In this document: positions 25,936 through 34,169 of the stretch, in pieces
Position numbering within the stretch: the first letter of the stretch is position 1
Layout of the letters: each line of letters opens with the position of its first letter
Virus record (IMG/VR): IMGVR_UViG_3300006111_000003
Location: 1-36,450 of that record
DNA length: 36,450 nt
From: a virus
Lineage: Duplodnaviria; Caudoviricetes
Strand: one strand, 5' to 3'
Program-made: the position numbers and the translations under genes
The notes under the pieces: generated by a model
What the model saw: only the letters and a program-made list of their open reading frames with translations
Told to the model about the DNA's origin: nothing
Database searches by the model: none

Positions 25936-26373
25936 CTACGACCGGCGCCAGGCAGAAACCGAGGCCGTGACAAGCACTCGACCGAAGCCCGCGTTGGGAT
26001 CGATGCTCGTTGTTGCAGATGCGACGGTTGCTGAGACCAGTTCGGCCTTCTCGGTGGTGAAGCGCTCGAGGTCGAGCTTGGCCATGGCGTCGGCCACCAA
26101 CGCTGCGACTTCCCAGGCCGTCTCGTTGTCGGGAAGGTCATCGAGACCGTTCGAACGGCGACCGGCGATGCAATAGATGGGCACCATCCACTTCTCCACG
26201 AGGTCGAGGCTTGCCTGGGGCATGGCGACGGGACCACCAGAGACGGGGCCGATCACGATGGCCGGCAGACCATCGGCGGGGTCGAGGATCGTCGAAATGC
26301 GCCCGGACACGGCAGCCTGGATGGCGCTGTCGGAGTTGAGCCAGGCGACGATGAGCTGAGGGATGGCGATCAT
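25936..26373 (-). CDS. Tail terminator protein
   Basis: ATGA coupling at 26373; IVAWL...VSGRI...LPAIVI pattern; directly before the tail tube. Confidence 0.75.
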   Translation of the reverse strand: MIAIPQLIVAWLNSDSAIQAAVSGRISTILDPADGLPAIVIGPVSGGPVAMPQASLDLVEKWMVPIYCIAGRRSNGLDDLPDNETAWEVAALVADAMAKLDLERFTTEKAELVSATVASATTSIDPNAGFGRVLVTASVSAWRRS

Positions 26374-26801
26374 GGTTCGACCTTGTCTTCGAGGCGGCTG
26401 GTGTTGACCGTGTAAGCGATGTGGAGCTCCTTGAGCGCCTGCTCGTAGGGGTGCGCCGGGGCGTTGACGACTCCCGGGTGCGTGTGCCACTCGGGGTAGT
26501 AGCGGTCCTTCACGAGGCCGTCGGGGTCCTTCACGCCAAACCAGTGCGGTGCGGCATACCAGAGGGTGTCGCCGTCTTCGGTCCCCGATCCGAGGTCCAC
26601 AGCCGTGATGCCGTCGGGCTCGATGTGGGGGGCGTGCTGCATTGAGTGCTGAAGGTCTCCGGTGAAGTAGCCCGAGTAGGTCGCAGCGGCGGCGGTGATG
26701 ACAGCAGCGGCTTGCGACATGGCCGAGACCACGGCTGGTTGGTTTATGGTCACCTTCAGCTGCGCCTCATTCACGACGACGTCGGTCAGGTAGGCGGCCA
26801 T
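26370..26801 (-). CDS. HK97 gp10-like neck/tail-completion protein
   Basis: TGDLQHS, YAAPHWFG and PAHPYEQAL motifs; TAATG coupling at 26801. Confidence 0.75.
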   Translation of the reverse strand: MAAYLTDVVVNEAQLKVTINQPAVVSAMSQAAAVITAAAATYSGYFTGDLQHSMQHAPHIEPDGITAVDLGSGTEDGDTLWYAAPHWFGVKDPDGLVKDRYYPEWHTHPGVVNAPAHPYEQALKELHIAYTVNTSRLEDKVEP

Positions 26802-27127
26802 TAGGCACCTGCTCGGACCAGCTGGCAGCTGAGGTGGTGGACGGTTCCCAGAGGGCCACGTCGAGCTACGACCGTCTCGATGCGGAAGGTCTGGCCGTCG
26901 GCGTCCTTGAGGAGGTCTTGGTGCGAGACCTCGGTGTCTGCGGGAAGGTAGGCGAACCACTTGTCGATCTGCTGCCAGGAGCCGTCGACGATCTCTCGAG
27001 CTTGCTTGCAGACGAGGTTGCCCACGACAGCGGTGGTCAGCATGAAGTCACGGGTAGGGCGGCCTTCGGTGTCACGAAGACCGGGAACCGACTTCCAGAT
27101 GTAGAGGGGCTGGTTGGCGCCAATCAC
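26801..27127 (-). CDS. Head closure/stopper protein
   Basis: D.EG near the N-terminus, YLPADTEV..D....DGQTFRI and HHLSCQL; GTGA coupling at 27127. Confidence 0.75.
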   Translation of the reverse strand: MIGANQPLYIWKSVPGLRDTEGRPTRDFMLTTAVVGNLVCKQAREIVDGSWQQIDKWFAYLPADTEVSHQDLLKDADGQTFRIETVVARRGPLGTVHHLSCQLVRAGA

Positions 27128-27855
27128 TTGCGGAGCCTCCGGAACGGGGCCGCCAGGGTCAGGCACTGTCCGCCGAGGTCCTGAGCGGCCTTGAGCTTGC
27201 GGGGGACGGGGTAGCCGTCGGGCCCGAGGATGGTGCCTGCGACGAGAGTGGCCGAGAACTCACCGGCGATGTTCAGCGATGCGATGCCTCGAGGGAGGGC
27301 GAGCTCAGCGTTCGAGACCTTGGTGTGGATGCCCCAGGCGATGGCCTTGGCGAGGCCGATGGGCAGGTCGCTCGAAAGCTGGAAGGGCGGGTTGGCGTTG
27401 AGCTCGTTGGTCGGGGTGTAGGTGCCACCGGAGCCGTAGGGGGTGTAGCCACCGGTGTAGGTGACGTCGATGCCCTGGACGAGGAAGTAGTCGATCGAGT
27501 TGGCGGTGAGGCCGTCCTGGGTGAGCGAGCTCCCGAGGCCCGAGTCGATGCCCGAATCGGTGAAGCCAGCCGGCGTGGCGGGAAGACTCGTGCCGCCGTA
27601 GATGTCCCAGATGAGGTAGATGGCGCCGTCGTCGTAGCGCCAGCCCGCGGGCACAGAGGTGATCGGCGTGGCGCGCGGGTAGATCTCGCCGTCCTTGGAG
27701 ATCGGGAAGATGTGCTCTTGGTAGGTGTTGCTGACCAGCCAACGACCGAGGACGTCCTCGAGCGAGGAGACGACGTAGTCGTGCAGCTCTTCGAAGTTGT
27801 CAGGTGCCGTCGTGCCCGTGAAGAGCTCGTAGTCGGCAGTAGAGATCAGGGTCAT
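27124..27855 (-). CDS. Head-tail adaptor (243 aa)
   Basis: Start MTLISTADY at 27855; DVTYTGGY, LPIGLAKAI and terminal LAAPFR; first gene after the capsid. Confidence 0.75.
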   Translation of the reverse strand: MTLISTADYELFTGTTAPDNFEELHDYVVSSLEDVLGRWLVSNTYQEHIFPISKDGEIYPRATPITSVPAGWRYDDGAIYLIWDIYGGTSLPATPAGFTDSGIDSGLGSSLTQDGLTANSIDYFLVQGIDVTYTGGYTPYGSGGTYTPTNELNANPPFQLSSDLPIGLAKAIAWGIHTKVSNAELALPRGIASLNIAGEFSATLVAGTILGPDGYPVPRKLKAAQDLGGQCLTLAAPFRRLRK

Positions 27856-27908
27856 GAAGCGCCTCACGGATCGGGGGGTCTGTGCCTGACTCTTGCTGCG
27901 AACGCCAA

Positions 27909-27993
27909 AGCCCCCGGTCACTCGAAGAATGACCGGGGGCTCAGACGACCGCGATGAGGGGCTGACGGCGGGAGCGCGGCCCCCCGCCGTCAG
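27909..27993 (-). terminator. Two tandem GC-rich hairpins after the capsid gene
   Basis: 11-bp stem (27962-27972 with 27983-27993) and 12-bp stem (27909-27920 with 27930-27941). Confidence 0.65.
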
Positions 27994-28000
27994 GGCTTGA

Positions 28001-29218
28001 TCAGGCCTCGACGCCGGTGATGACGCAGAAGGCCTCGGGGCGCACGTTGGTGAGAGCCACACGGATCGACGCACGGAAGCGGACGGCGTCAGACAGGAAG
28101 TCCGAACCGACGTTCTCCGAGGCGGCGATGCTGATCTGGTTGCGGTTCACCAGCGAGACATACTCCGAACTACCGACAACGATCGGACCGAACTCCGAGC
28201 CGTCCGAAGGCAGCTGCGGGCACCACACGACCGGCAGGCCCCAGAGCGAGAGCTGCTGGGTCGTGGTGGTCGGCTGGGCGAAGAGGTAGGTCCCGATTGC
28301 CGAGGTCGCCAAGCTGAGCGCCTCGATGAACGAAGCGGAAGCCAGGATGTAGGCAGCCGGGGTGAAGGTCTTCTGCACAGCGGTGATGCCCTGACGGACG
28401 GCGTTGATGGCGTTGACGCGGGTCTGGTTGTGGTCAGCGACGACCTCGTAGGTCAGCGACTGCGCACGGCCCGAGCCGGTCACGATCAGCGACGGGATGC
28501 CGTTGGGGGTGTCCGAAGCGGCAACCATTTGGGCGATCAGGTTGTTCTTGATGCCGTAAACGAGACGGTTCTCGATCACCGAGGTGAGCTGAGCCTGGTC
28601 GGCCAGGGTGCTGCTGTCGGTGCGGAAGACGGTTCCGACCTTGGCCACGGTCTGCACGAGGCGGGTGAAGGTGATACCCGACTCGGTGTAGGCGGCGAAG
28701 TCAGCCGGGGTGCCCGAGCGACGAGCGACAGCACCGGTGTTGTCGGTGAAGCCGGTCTCAACGAAGACGACCACGGTGTCCGACGAGGTGCTCGACTGCG
28801 GGATGTAGTTGAGCAGGGTCAGCGGAGCAACAGGCTTGAGGGCGATGCCGTTGACGAAGTCAGGGGCAACGATCGGGCTCGAGCCAGAGGCACCGTTCGG
28901 GTCAGTGAAGATGTCGAGAGCGTCACGGACATCGGAGATGTCGATGGTGGCTTCGACCTTTTCGCCGTTGAGCGCACGAGCGAAGACGCCCGACTCGATG
29001 GCCCGGCGGGCAACGGTCGAACGGGTCACCGGGGCGGCGGCGGGGGTGATGGCGACGGCCGGGGTAGCGGCGTCGAGGGAGGCAAGCTCGTTGAGGAGCG
29101 ACGCGCGGACTGACTCGACAGCGTCGAGGGCGGCGACGTCGAGGGTCTCAGCGGTGCGCAGCTCGGCGGCACGGGCGGCCACCTTGTTGAGCTCTGCGAG
29201 CAGGTGCTCACGGTTCAT
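28001..29218 (-). CDS. Major capsid protein (HK97 fold)
   Basis: N-terminal coiled delta domain, YTESGITF, LWGLPVV and terminal RPEAFC; AGGAG RBS. Confidence 0.93.
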   Translation of the reverse strand: MNREHLLAELNKVAARAAELRTAETLDVAALDAVESVRASLLNELASLDAATPAVAITPAAAPVTRSTVARRAIESGVFARALNGEKVEATIDISDVRDALDIFTDPNGASGSSPIVAPDFVNGIALKPVAPLTLLNYIPQSSTSSDTVVVFVETGFTDNTGAVARRSGTPADFAAYTESGITFTRLVQTVAKVGTVFRTDSSTLADQAQLTSVIENRLVYGIKNNLIAQMVAASDTPNGIPSLIVTGSGRAQSLTYEVVADHNQTRVNAINAVRQGITAVQKTFTPAAYILASASFIEALSLATSAIGTYLFAQPTTTTQQLSLWGLPVVWCPQLPSDGSEFGPIVVGSSEYVSLVNRNQISIAASENVGSDFLSDAVRFRASIRVALTNVRPEAFCVITGVEA

Positions 29219-29308
29219 GGGATTTCTCCTGTAGGTAGGGGGTTGACGGTTGTTGTCGCCGCTTGGTCACAACCGCCGGCCACCTCACAAGGAAGCCGGT
29301 TCTTGCGG

Positions 29309-30199
29309 CTACCGGCGACGGGGTCGACGCCGGACCGATCGGGCCGGGACGGCCGTCTCGATAGCGGGAACGGTTGCTGCCATTTCCATCGACTGGCCAA
29401 GATCTTCTGAAGACCCCTCATTGCCGTCGACGTCTCCCGCTTCGAGGGCCGCATCCTGGGCATCGTCGGGGTTCTCCACTCCGAGAGCGTCCGAAGCAAC
29501 GTCCTGCGCCACGTCGGCTGCGGTGTCGATGATGGTCAACAGCTGGAGCACGAGCGAGAGCGCAGCGGTGCTGCTCCCCTCGTTGGCGCGGGTGATGATC
29601 GAAGTGATGGCGTCGCGGGCCTCTTCGACCGGGGTGGCCGGGCGGATCACATCGGCGTAGAGCTCGGCCATCTCGTCCTCGTCAGCGCCGAGCTCACGGG
29701 TGAGATCGATCAGCGCCTTCTTGGAGCTCGGGGCATTGACCAGCGAGAGCTCGTGGAGGTCCACCTTGGTGAAGACGATGGTTCCGTCCTTGCGCTTGTA
29801 GCCATCACGGGGAATGAAGCCCACAGAGACGCCACGCACGAAGCCACCGTCCACGAGACCCTGAAGCTCACGGGCACGCTCGGTGTCAGCGAAGACAAAG
29901 CGCACCAGTAAACCCTCGGGGGTGTCCTCGACGCTGACGGGCTTGCCCACCGGGTCGGAGCTCTGCTGGTGGTATTGGAGGATGCGGAAATCCTCGGGCG
30001 TGACGTGGGCCATTGCGCCTCGAGCCATCGTGGTGCCGTAGCTGTCCACGGTGTCCTCGGTGCCGTCGTCGTAGCCGTAGGCCAGGGCGGTGTAGATCTT
30101 GCGACCCTCGGCATCGGTCTCGACGCCACGGCTCTGGAGGCCCTGGCGGATGGTCAGGCTGCGGTTCTGCACCTTGCCCAGGTTCAACTTGTCCATCAT
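29309..30199 (-). CDS. Prohead protease (HK97 family) with an acidic C-terminal extension
   Basis: DSYG...GA, LQYH, GVSVGF and LHELSLVNAPS motifs. Confidence 0.92.
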   Translation of the reverse strand: MMDKLNLGKVQNRSLTIRQGLQSRGVETDAEGRKIYTALAYGYDDGTEDTVDSYGTTMARGAMAHVTPEDFRILQYHQQSSDPVGKPVSVEDTPEGLLVRFVFADTERARELQGLVDGGFVRGVSVGFIPRDGYKRKDGTIVFTKVDLHELSLVNAPSSKKALIDLTRELGADEDEMAELYADVIRPATPVEEARDAITSIITRANEGSSTAALSLVLQLLTIIDTAADVAQDVASDALGVENPDDAQDAALEAGDVDGNEGSSEDLGQSMEMAATVPAIETAVPARSVRRRPRRR

Positions 30200-30346
30200 T
30201 TACTCCTCGTTGGATCGGGTCTCGACTACGGCTTCAGCCGTGACGAGGGGTAGCGCTGCCGACTTGCGGGTGCGCTTGGGGGTTGCCTCAACGACTGACG
30301 TCGGTGCGGTGCGAAACGGGCGGCACAGAGTGCAGTCGCAAGCCAT
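30200..30346 (-). CDS. Small CxCxxC protein (48 aa)
   Basis: MACDCTLCRPF...SNEE; TAATG coupling upstream and a stop adjacent to the protease ATG; fills the gap exactly. Confidence 0.6.
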   Translation of the reverse strand: MACDCTLCRPFRTAPTSVVEATPKRTRKSAALPLVTAEAVVETRSNEE

Positions 30347-30792
30347 TAGAGAACCTGCGGACCAGCGGCGGGAGCGACGGCTTCTTCGACCGCGGTCTTC
30401 ACTTCGGCAGCAGCGGCGTCTACGAGCTTGTCGGCAACCGGGTTCGACTCGACGGCCTTTTCAGCTTCCTTTTCGGCCTTGACGGCGTCCTTGAATGCCT
30501 GGGTGTTCGCGAGCTTGGCGACGGCCTTCTGCACAGCGGCGTCTTTGCGTACCGAGTTCCAAAGCTTCACAGCGTCACGGACGTAGGGGGCTTCCTTGCG
30601 CAAGAAGGCCAGAGCAGCGGTGATGGCCAAAGCAGCTACCGCGGTCTGGGCCGGGAACGCGCTGTGGGCAGCGGCCAACAAAGAGGCAAGAGAAACTCCG
30701 CCACCAGTGAAAGCAGCGGTGAACAAAGCGTCAACGCCAGCCTGCTTGTGCGGGGCGGGCGATGGGGTCTGGGGAGTGAAAGGTGCGGGCAT
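30346..30792 (-). CDS. Two-TM membrane protein, holin-like (148 aa)
   Basis: Two hydrophobic segments followed by a Lys/Ala/Glu-rich tail; late motif 6 nt before ATG 30792. Confidence 0.6.
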   Translation of the reverse strand: MPAPFTPQTPSPAPHKQAGVDALFTAAFTGGGVSLASLLAAAHSAFPAQTAVAALAITAALAFLRKEAPYVRDAVKLWNSVRKDAAVQKAVAKLANTQAFKDAVKAEKEAEKAVESNPVADKLVDAAAAEVKTAVEEAVAPAAGPQVL

Positions 30793-30816
30793 GGCCGTGA
30801 CGGTTGCTGCGTTGTG

Positions 30817-30835
30817 AGTGTCACGGGGTGACACT
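30817..30835. promoter_or_regulatory. Palindrome AGTGTCAC-GGG-GTGACACT between divergent genes
   Basis: Perfect 8-bp arms; shares the TGTCAC half-site with the 5779/8929 sites. Confidence 0.5.
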
Positions 30836-30857
30836 TATCGAATGCAAAGTCGCAACG

Positions 30858-31961
30858 ATGGGGCAAACTGGTGGGGTGCCAGGTCCTGAAAGAAAGCCCA
30901 AAGAACCGTGCTCGGTTGAGGGCTGCGACCTGCTCAAAAAGTCTCGGGGTTATTGCGAAAAGCACTACAAGCGTTGGCGTCTATACGGCGACCCGTTGCT
31001 CACTGCCAAAGCCACCAGACCGCAAGAACCGAAGAAACTTTGTCGTGCTCCGGGCTGCACTCGCAAGTCATTGACAAAAGGTTGCTGCGACAAGCACTAC
31101 CGACAGTTGCAAGTCCACGGCGAGTTCTTAGAGAAGAAACGCGAGGGCTGCGCGGTCGAGGGTTGTCTGTGGCCAGTTGTGCGTAAAGGCTATTGCCGTC
31201 ACCACTACTACCGCTTTCAGAGGTTCGGTGATCCGTTGCTCGGCACGCCAATACCTAAGTACGAGTTTCGCAAATGCGCCGAGACTGACTGCGATCAAGA
31301 AGCTGGCCTCGGGCGCTATTGCCGCTATCACGAAAAGCAACACAAAACTCCTGAGAAAGTGGTGCCTTGCAAAGTCGAGGGTTGCGAAAAGAAAGTGTTT
31401 GCCAATGGCTACTGCCAGGCCCATAACAAGCGCTGGCGCGTCTACGGCGATCCGTTAGGTGGTCGGGCCACGCCAATAAAAGATCGTCGGTGTTCGGTGG
31501 CGGGGTGCGATGAGCGCAGCTTTGCTCACGGAATGTGCATGCCCCACTTCGGCCAGTTTCGATACCACGGCGATCCGACGGTGCGCGTGAATGACCCGAC
31601 GCGCGGTTGCTCGGTGCCCGGCTGCAATGACCCGCACCGTGGTCTTGGGTTCTGCGGCAGTCACCTAACGCAATACGTTGGCGGTCCGCGTCGCCGCAAC
31701 AAAATAAAGATGGCCAAGGGCACTTGCACGGGCCCGCAACTGATGGCCCGGATTGACTACTTCGGTGGGTTGTGTTGGATTTGCAAAGACCCGATGGAGG
31801 CCGTCGATCATGTCAAACCGATCGTCGCGGGCGGAGCATTGTGGCCGTCGAACCTGCGCCCGATTTGTCGCACTTGCAACAGCTCGAAAGCTGGTCGATG
31901 GTACGGCGTGGCCGGATTGCCAGCCCACGCCGAACGCATTCGCCAAAAGAAACTCAAATAG
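30858..31961 (+). CDS. HNH endonuclease with seven N-terminal Cx4C...Cx2H zinc-finger-like repeats
   Basis: Repeats of the type CSVEGC...RGYCEKHY...GDP; C-terminal CWIC...DHVKP...GG...NLRPICRTCNSSK. Confidence 0.88.
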   Translation: MGQTGGVPGPERKPKEPCSVEGCDLLKKSRGYCEKHYKRWRLYGDPLLTAKATRPQEPKKLCRAPGCTRKSLTKGCCDKHYRQLQVHGEFLEKKREGCAVEGCLWPVVRKGYCRHHYYRFQRFGDPLLGTPIPKYEFRKCAETDCDQEAGLGRYCRYHEKQHKTPEKVVPCKVEGCEKKVFANGYCQAHNKRWRVYGDPLGGRATPIKDRRCSVAGCDERSFAHGMCMPHFGQFRYHGDPTVRVNDPTRGCSVPGCNDPHRGLGFCGSHLTQYVGGPRRRNKIKMAKGTCTGPQLMARIDYFGGLCWICKDPMEAVDHVKPIVAGGALWPSNLRPICRTCNSSKAGRWYGVAGLPAHAERIRQKKLK

Positions 31962-33294
31962 GCAGCTCGCCCTGGGTGGGCTTGGCGGCTTCCTTCTTGG
32001 CCCACTTCACGCGTGCTTCGATGATGGGCCAATACTCTTCGGTCATTTCGCAACCGCGCCAGTCAAAGCCTTCGAGGATCGCGGCGACGGCGGTTGAGCC
32101 AGAACCCAAGAAGGGGTCGAGCACAACTCCATTTGGCGGCGTCACCAGCTTGACCAGGTAGCGCATAAGGGCGGTTGGTTTGACGGTGGGGTGGAAGTTC
32201 TGCTTGTCCAGTCCTGCGTTGCGCTCGGACTTGCTGGCCTTAGCGCAGTAGAAGAAGCGAGCGGCGGAGCCGTCATCACCCATTTTTGGAAACCCTGCCA
32301 GCACCTCATCGCTTCCGTCGTGGATGACGTTGGCAGGCCAGCGACCGGCGTTCAGTTGCCATATGTCCACCGTTCCTCTTATGACCTCGCCGTAGATGCC
32401 ATTTGACGTTCCCTCTGGTTTGCTGGCTTTATAAGTGCCACCCTCGCTCCTCACCCGTGACCCGTCGATGTTCAGCGCACCCGTTCCCCACTCCAGCACG
32501 TTCGAGGCCACGGTTCCGGTCAGGGGTTTGCGAGCGACGCAGATGGGCTCGTGGGCGGGCTTTAGAGCCGTTCCCCAGCCTTGCCATTGTTGAGCCTCGG
32601 GAGTGGCTGGTGTGGTGATGTCTCGATTGCCATCTCCCATGATGGCTGTTGTTCCTTTGCCCGTTCCCACGCCAGTCTTACGCTCACCCACCACTTCACG
32701 GTTCTTGTAAGCAGTCCATTCGATGCCGGTGCGCTCCGCTACAAGGCGTTCGATTTCCTCGGGAACTTCGGGGAGCAGGGGGCGCAATAAGTCAAACAGG
32801 TCGGCGGTGGCGATGGCTGGTTGGCTGGCGCTTGAAAGGTAATGACCTCCCATGTTCGTGCCGGTGGCTTCATCTATTTGTTTGGCTGTAATGCCGGTGG
32901 AGCGCATCCAATCGGTGAAGCGAAGTTGACGCTGCCGGTTCTCGCCCATGCTCTTGTCTATGGCCTTGCTCACGTCCAGCGACTTTGGAAAGCCCGAGCC
33001 ATACAGCCACATAATCTGGTCGCGGATCTCAAAGCCTGCGTCCTCGATGGCTACGACCATGCGGTGATAGGTGCGAGAGCCGGAGAACGCGAGCAGGTGG
33101 CCGCCGGGCTTTAGTACCCGTAGGCACTCGCGCCACATCTCGACGCTGTATGCAATCCCGGTGCTATCCCAAGATTTTCCCATCATGCCAAGTTCGTATG
33201 GCGGGTCCGTGACGATTGAGTCAATGGAACAGTCGGGGAGCTTTTTGAGCTCGGTGAGGCAGTCGCCCTTGTAAAGGTTCTTGGTCTTGGACAT
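31954..33294 (-). CDS. DNA N6-adenine/N4-cytosine methyltransferase (beta class) with an internal HTH-like insertion
   Basis: TDPPY, RVLKPGG, HPTVKP and VLDPFLGSGST motifs. Confidence 0.93.
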   Translation of the reverse strand: MSKTKNLYKGDCLTELKKLPDCSIDSIVTDPPYELGMMGKSWDSTGIAYSVEMWRECLRVLKPGGHLLAFSGSRTYHRMVVAIEDAGFEIRDQIMWLYGSGFPKSLDVSKAIDKSMGENRQRQLRFTDWMRSTGITAKQIDEATGTNMGGHYLSSASQPAIATADLFDLLRPLLPEVPEEIERLVAERTGIEWTAYKNREVVGERKTGVGTGKGTTAIMGDGNRDITTPATPEAQQWQGWGTALKPAHEPICVARKPLTGTVASNVLEWGTGALNIDGSRVRSEGGTYKASKPEGTSNGIYGEVIRGTVDIWQLNAGRWPANVIHDGSDEVLAGFPKMGDDGSAARFFYCAKASKSERNAGLDKQNFHPTVKPTALMRYLVKLVTPPNGVVLDPFLGSGSTAVAAILEGFDWRGCEMTEEYWPIIEARVKWAKKEAAKPTQGELPI

Positions 33295-33318
33295 GCACGG
33301 ATACCGTCCGCGCTTGTC

Positions 33319-33678
33319 TCAATGGTGCAAGGGGCTAACCGCGATCCGCACTAATCCGTCGCCACCAACCACGAGCACTGGCTGACGTATCTCGACGAAC
33401 TCGGCAGTGTCATCTGGCCAACATCCGGCGTCCACCAGTCCGTCCACGATGGCCTTGACCACGGGTAGGTAGTTCATGGGGTCTCGACGCGCGTTCCTGG
33501 CGAATGGCAGCGTGACGGTGACGACCGACGGCGGGAGAGCGCCCAGCTTCGCCGCAGAGCACTCGACGTGACTGCATTGCCGCCACGCTTTAACCAGTCG
33601 AGAGCGTTGGGCCCAGTGCATGCTCCGCTCCCGGTTAATCGACCACACGTCGGCTGGGGGCAAGAACGAGAACTCCAC
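33319..33678 (-). CDS. rusA: RusA-like Holliday junction resolvase
   Basis: SIN...HW, RRDPMN..VVKAIVDGLVDAGCWPDD. The GTG start at 33678 is tentative. Confidence 0.8.
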   Translation of the reverse strand: MEFSFLPPADVWSINRERSMHWAQRSRLVKAWRQCSHVECSAAKLGALPPSVVTVTLPFARNARRDPMNYLPVVKAIVDGLVDAGCWPDDTAEFVEIRQPVLVVGGDGLVRIAVSPLHH

Positions 33679-33708
33679 GCTTGGACGGCTTGCTGACGAT
33701 GCCGCTTG

Positions 33709-33789
33709 CGGCAAGATCTTCTTCTTCTGTTCTTCTGTTCTTCTGGTGTGGTCAGTGACCGGTCACTGACCGGTCAGCAGTCGGTCATC
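33709..33789 (-). repeat. 81-bp iteron-like element, copy B (inverted relative to 8800-8880)
   Basis: 74/81 ungapped identity with copy A, including 39 consecutive identical bases; perfect 22-bp palindrome at 33750-33771. Confidence 0.9.
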
Positions 33790-33810
33790 TGCTCTGTTCG
33801 TGGACTGGTG

Positions 33811-33838
33811 TTGCAATCGGAAGATCGCTCTGCACCGT
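33811..33838 (+). promoter_or_regulatory. Putative promoter TTGCAATC-N14-CACCGT
   Basis: Shared bipartite motif upstream of the 33879 gene. Confidence 0.55.
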
Positions 33839-33878
33839 AGGTAGTGCAGGCAAGTCGCCTGTTGCAGAGGAGGACCCC

Positions 33879-34097
33879 ATGGAGCAGATCCCCGAGTTCC
33901 TCATCGATGCCGAGCTGTCAGACGACGGCGGTGGCGTCGTTGTGGAGCTGACCAAGCACTGGACCAAGAGCAAGAGCGGCACGGCACGCAGCGCAGCCCT
34001 CTCGCCGGCTGAGACGCGCGCCATCGCCGTGTTTCTCGTCCTGTTGGCAGACTTCGTCGAAGACCAGCTAGTCAAGAACGCCAGCACAGGGGCTTGA
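33879..34097 (+). CDS. Hypothetical protein (72 aa)
   Basis: GAGGAGGA RBS. Confidence 0.7.
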   Translation: MEQIPEFLIDAELSDDGGGVVVELTKHWTKSKSGTARSAALSPAETRAIAVFLVLLADFVEDQLVKNASTGA

Positions 34098-34111
34098 CCC
34101 CAGATTTCCCC

Positions 34112-34139
34112 TTGCATTCACGGAGTTACTCGGGACGGT
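34112..34139 (+). promoter_or_regulatory. Putative promoter TTGCATTC-N14-GACGGT
   Basis: Shared bipartite motif upstream of the 34170 gene. Confidence 0.5.
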
Positions 34140-34169
34140 CTTTAGTAGTCCACCAAGGAGGTGGACGCT

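Noticed and set aside
26023-26033. Intragenic late-motif copies (also 24670 and 29369) as definite promoters
   Set aside because: They coincide with common codons for S/A-A-T-V and may be chance, so they are not counted as primary evidence.
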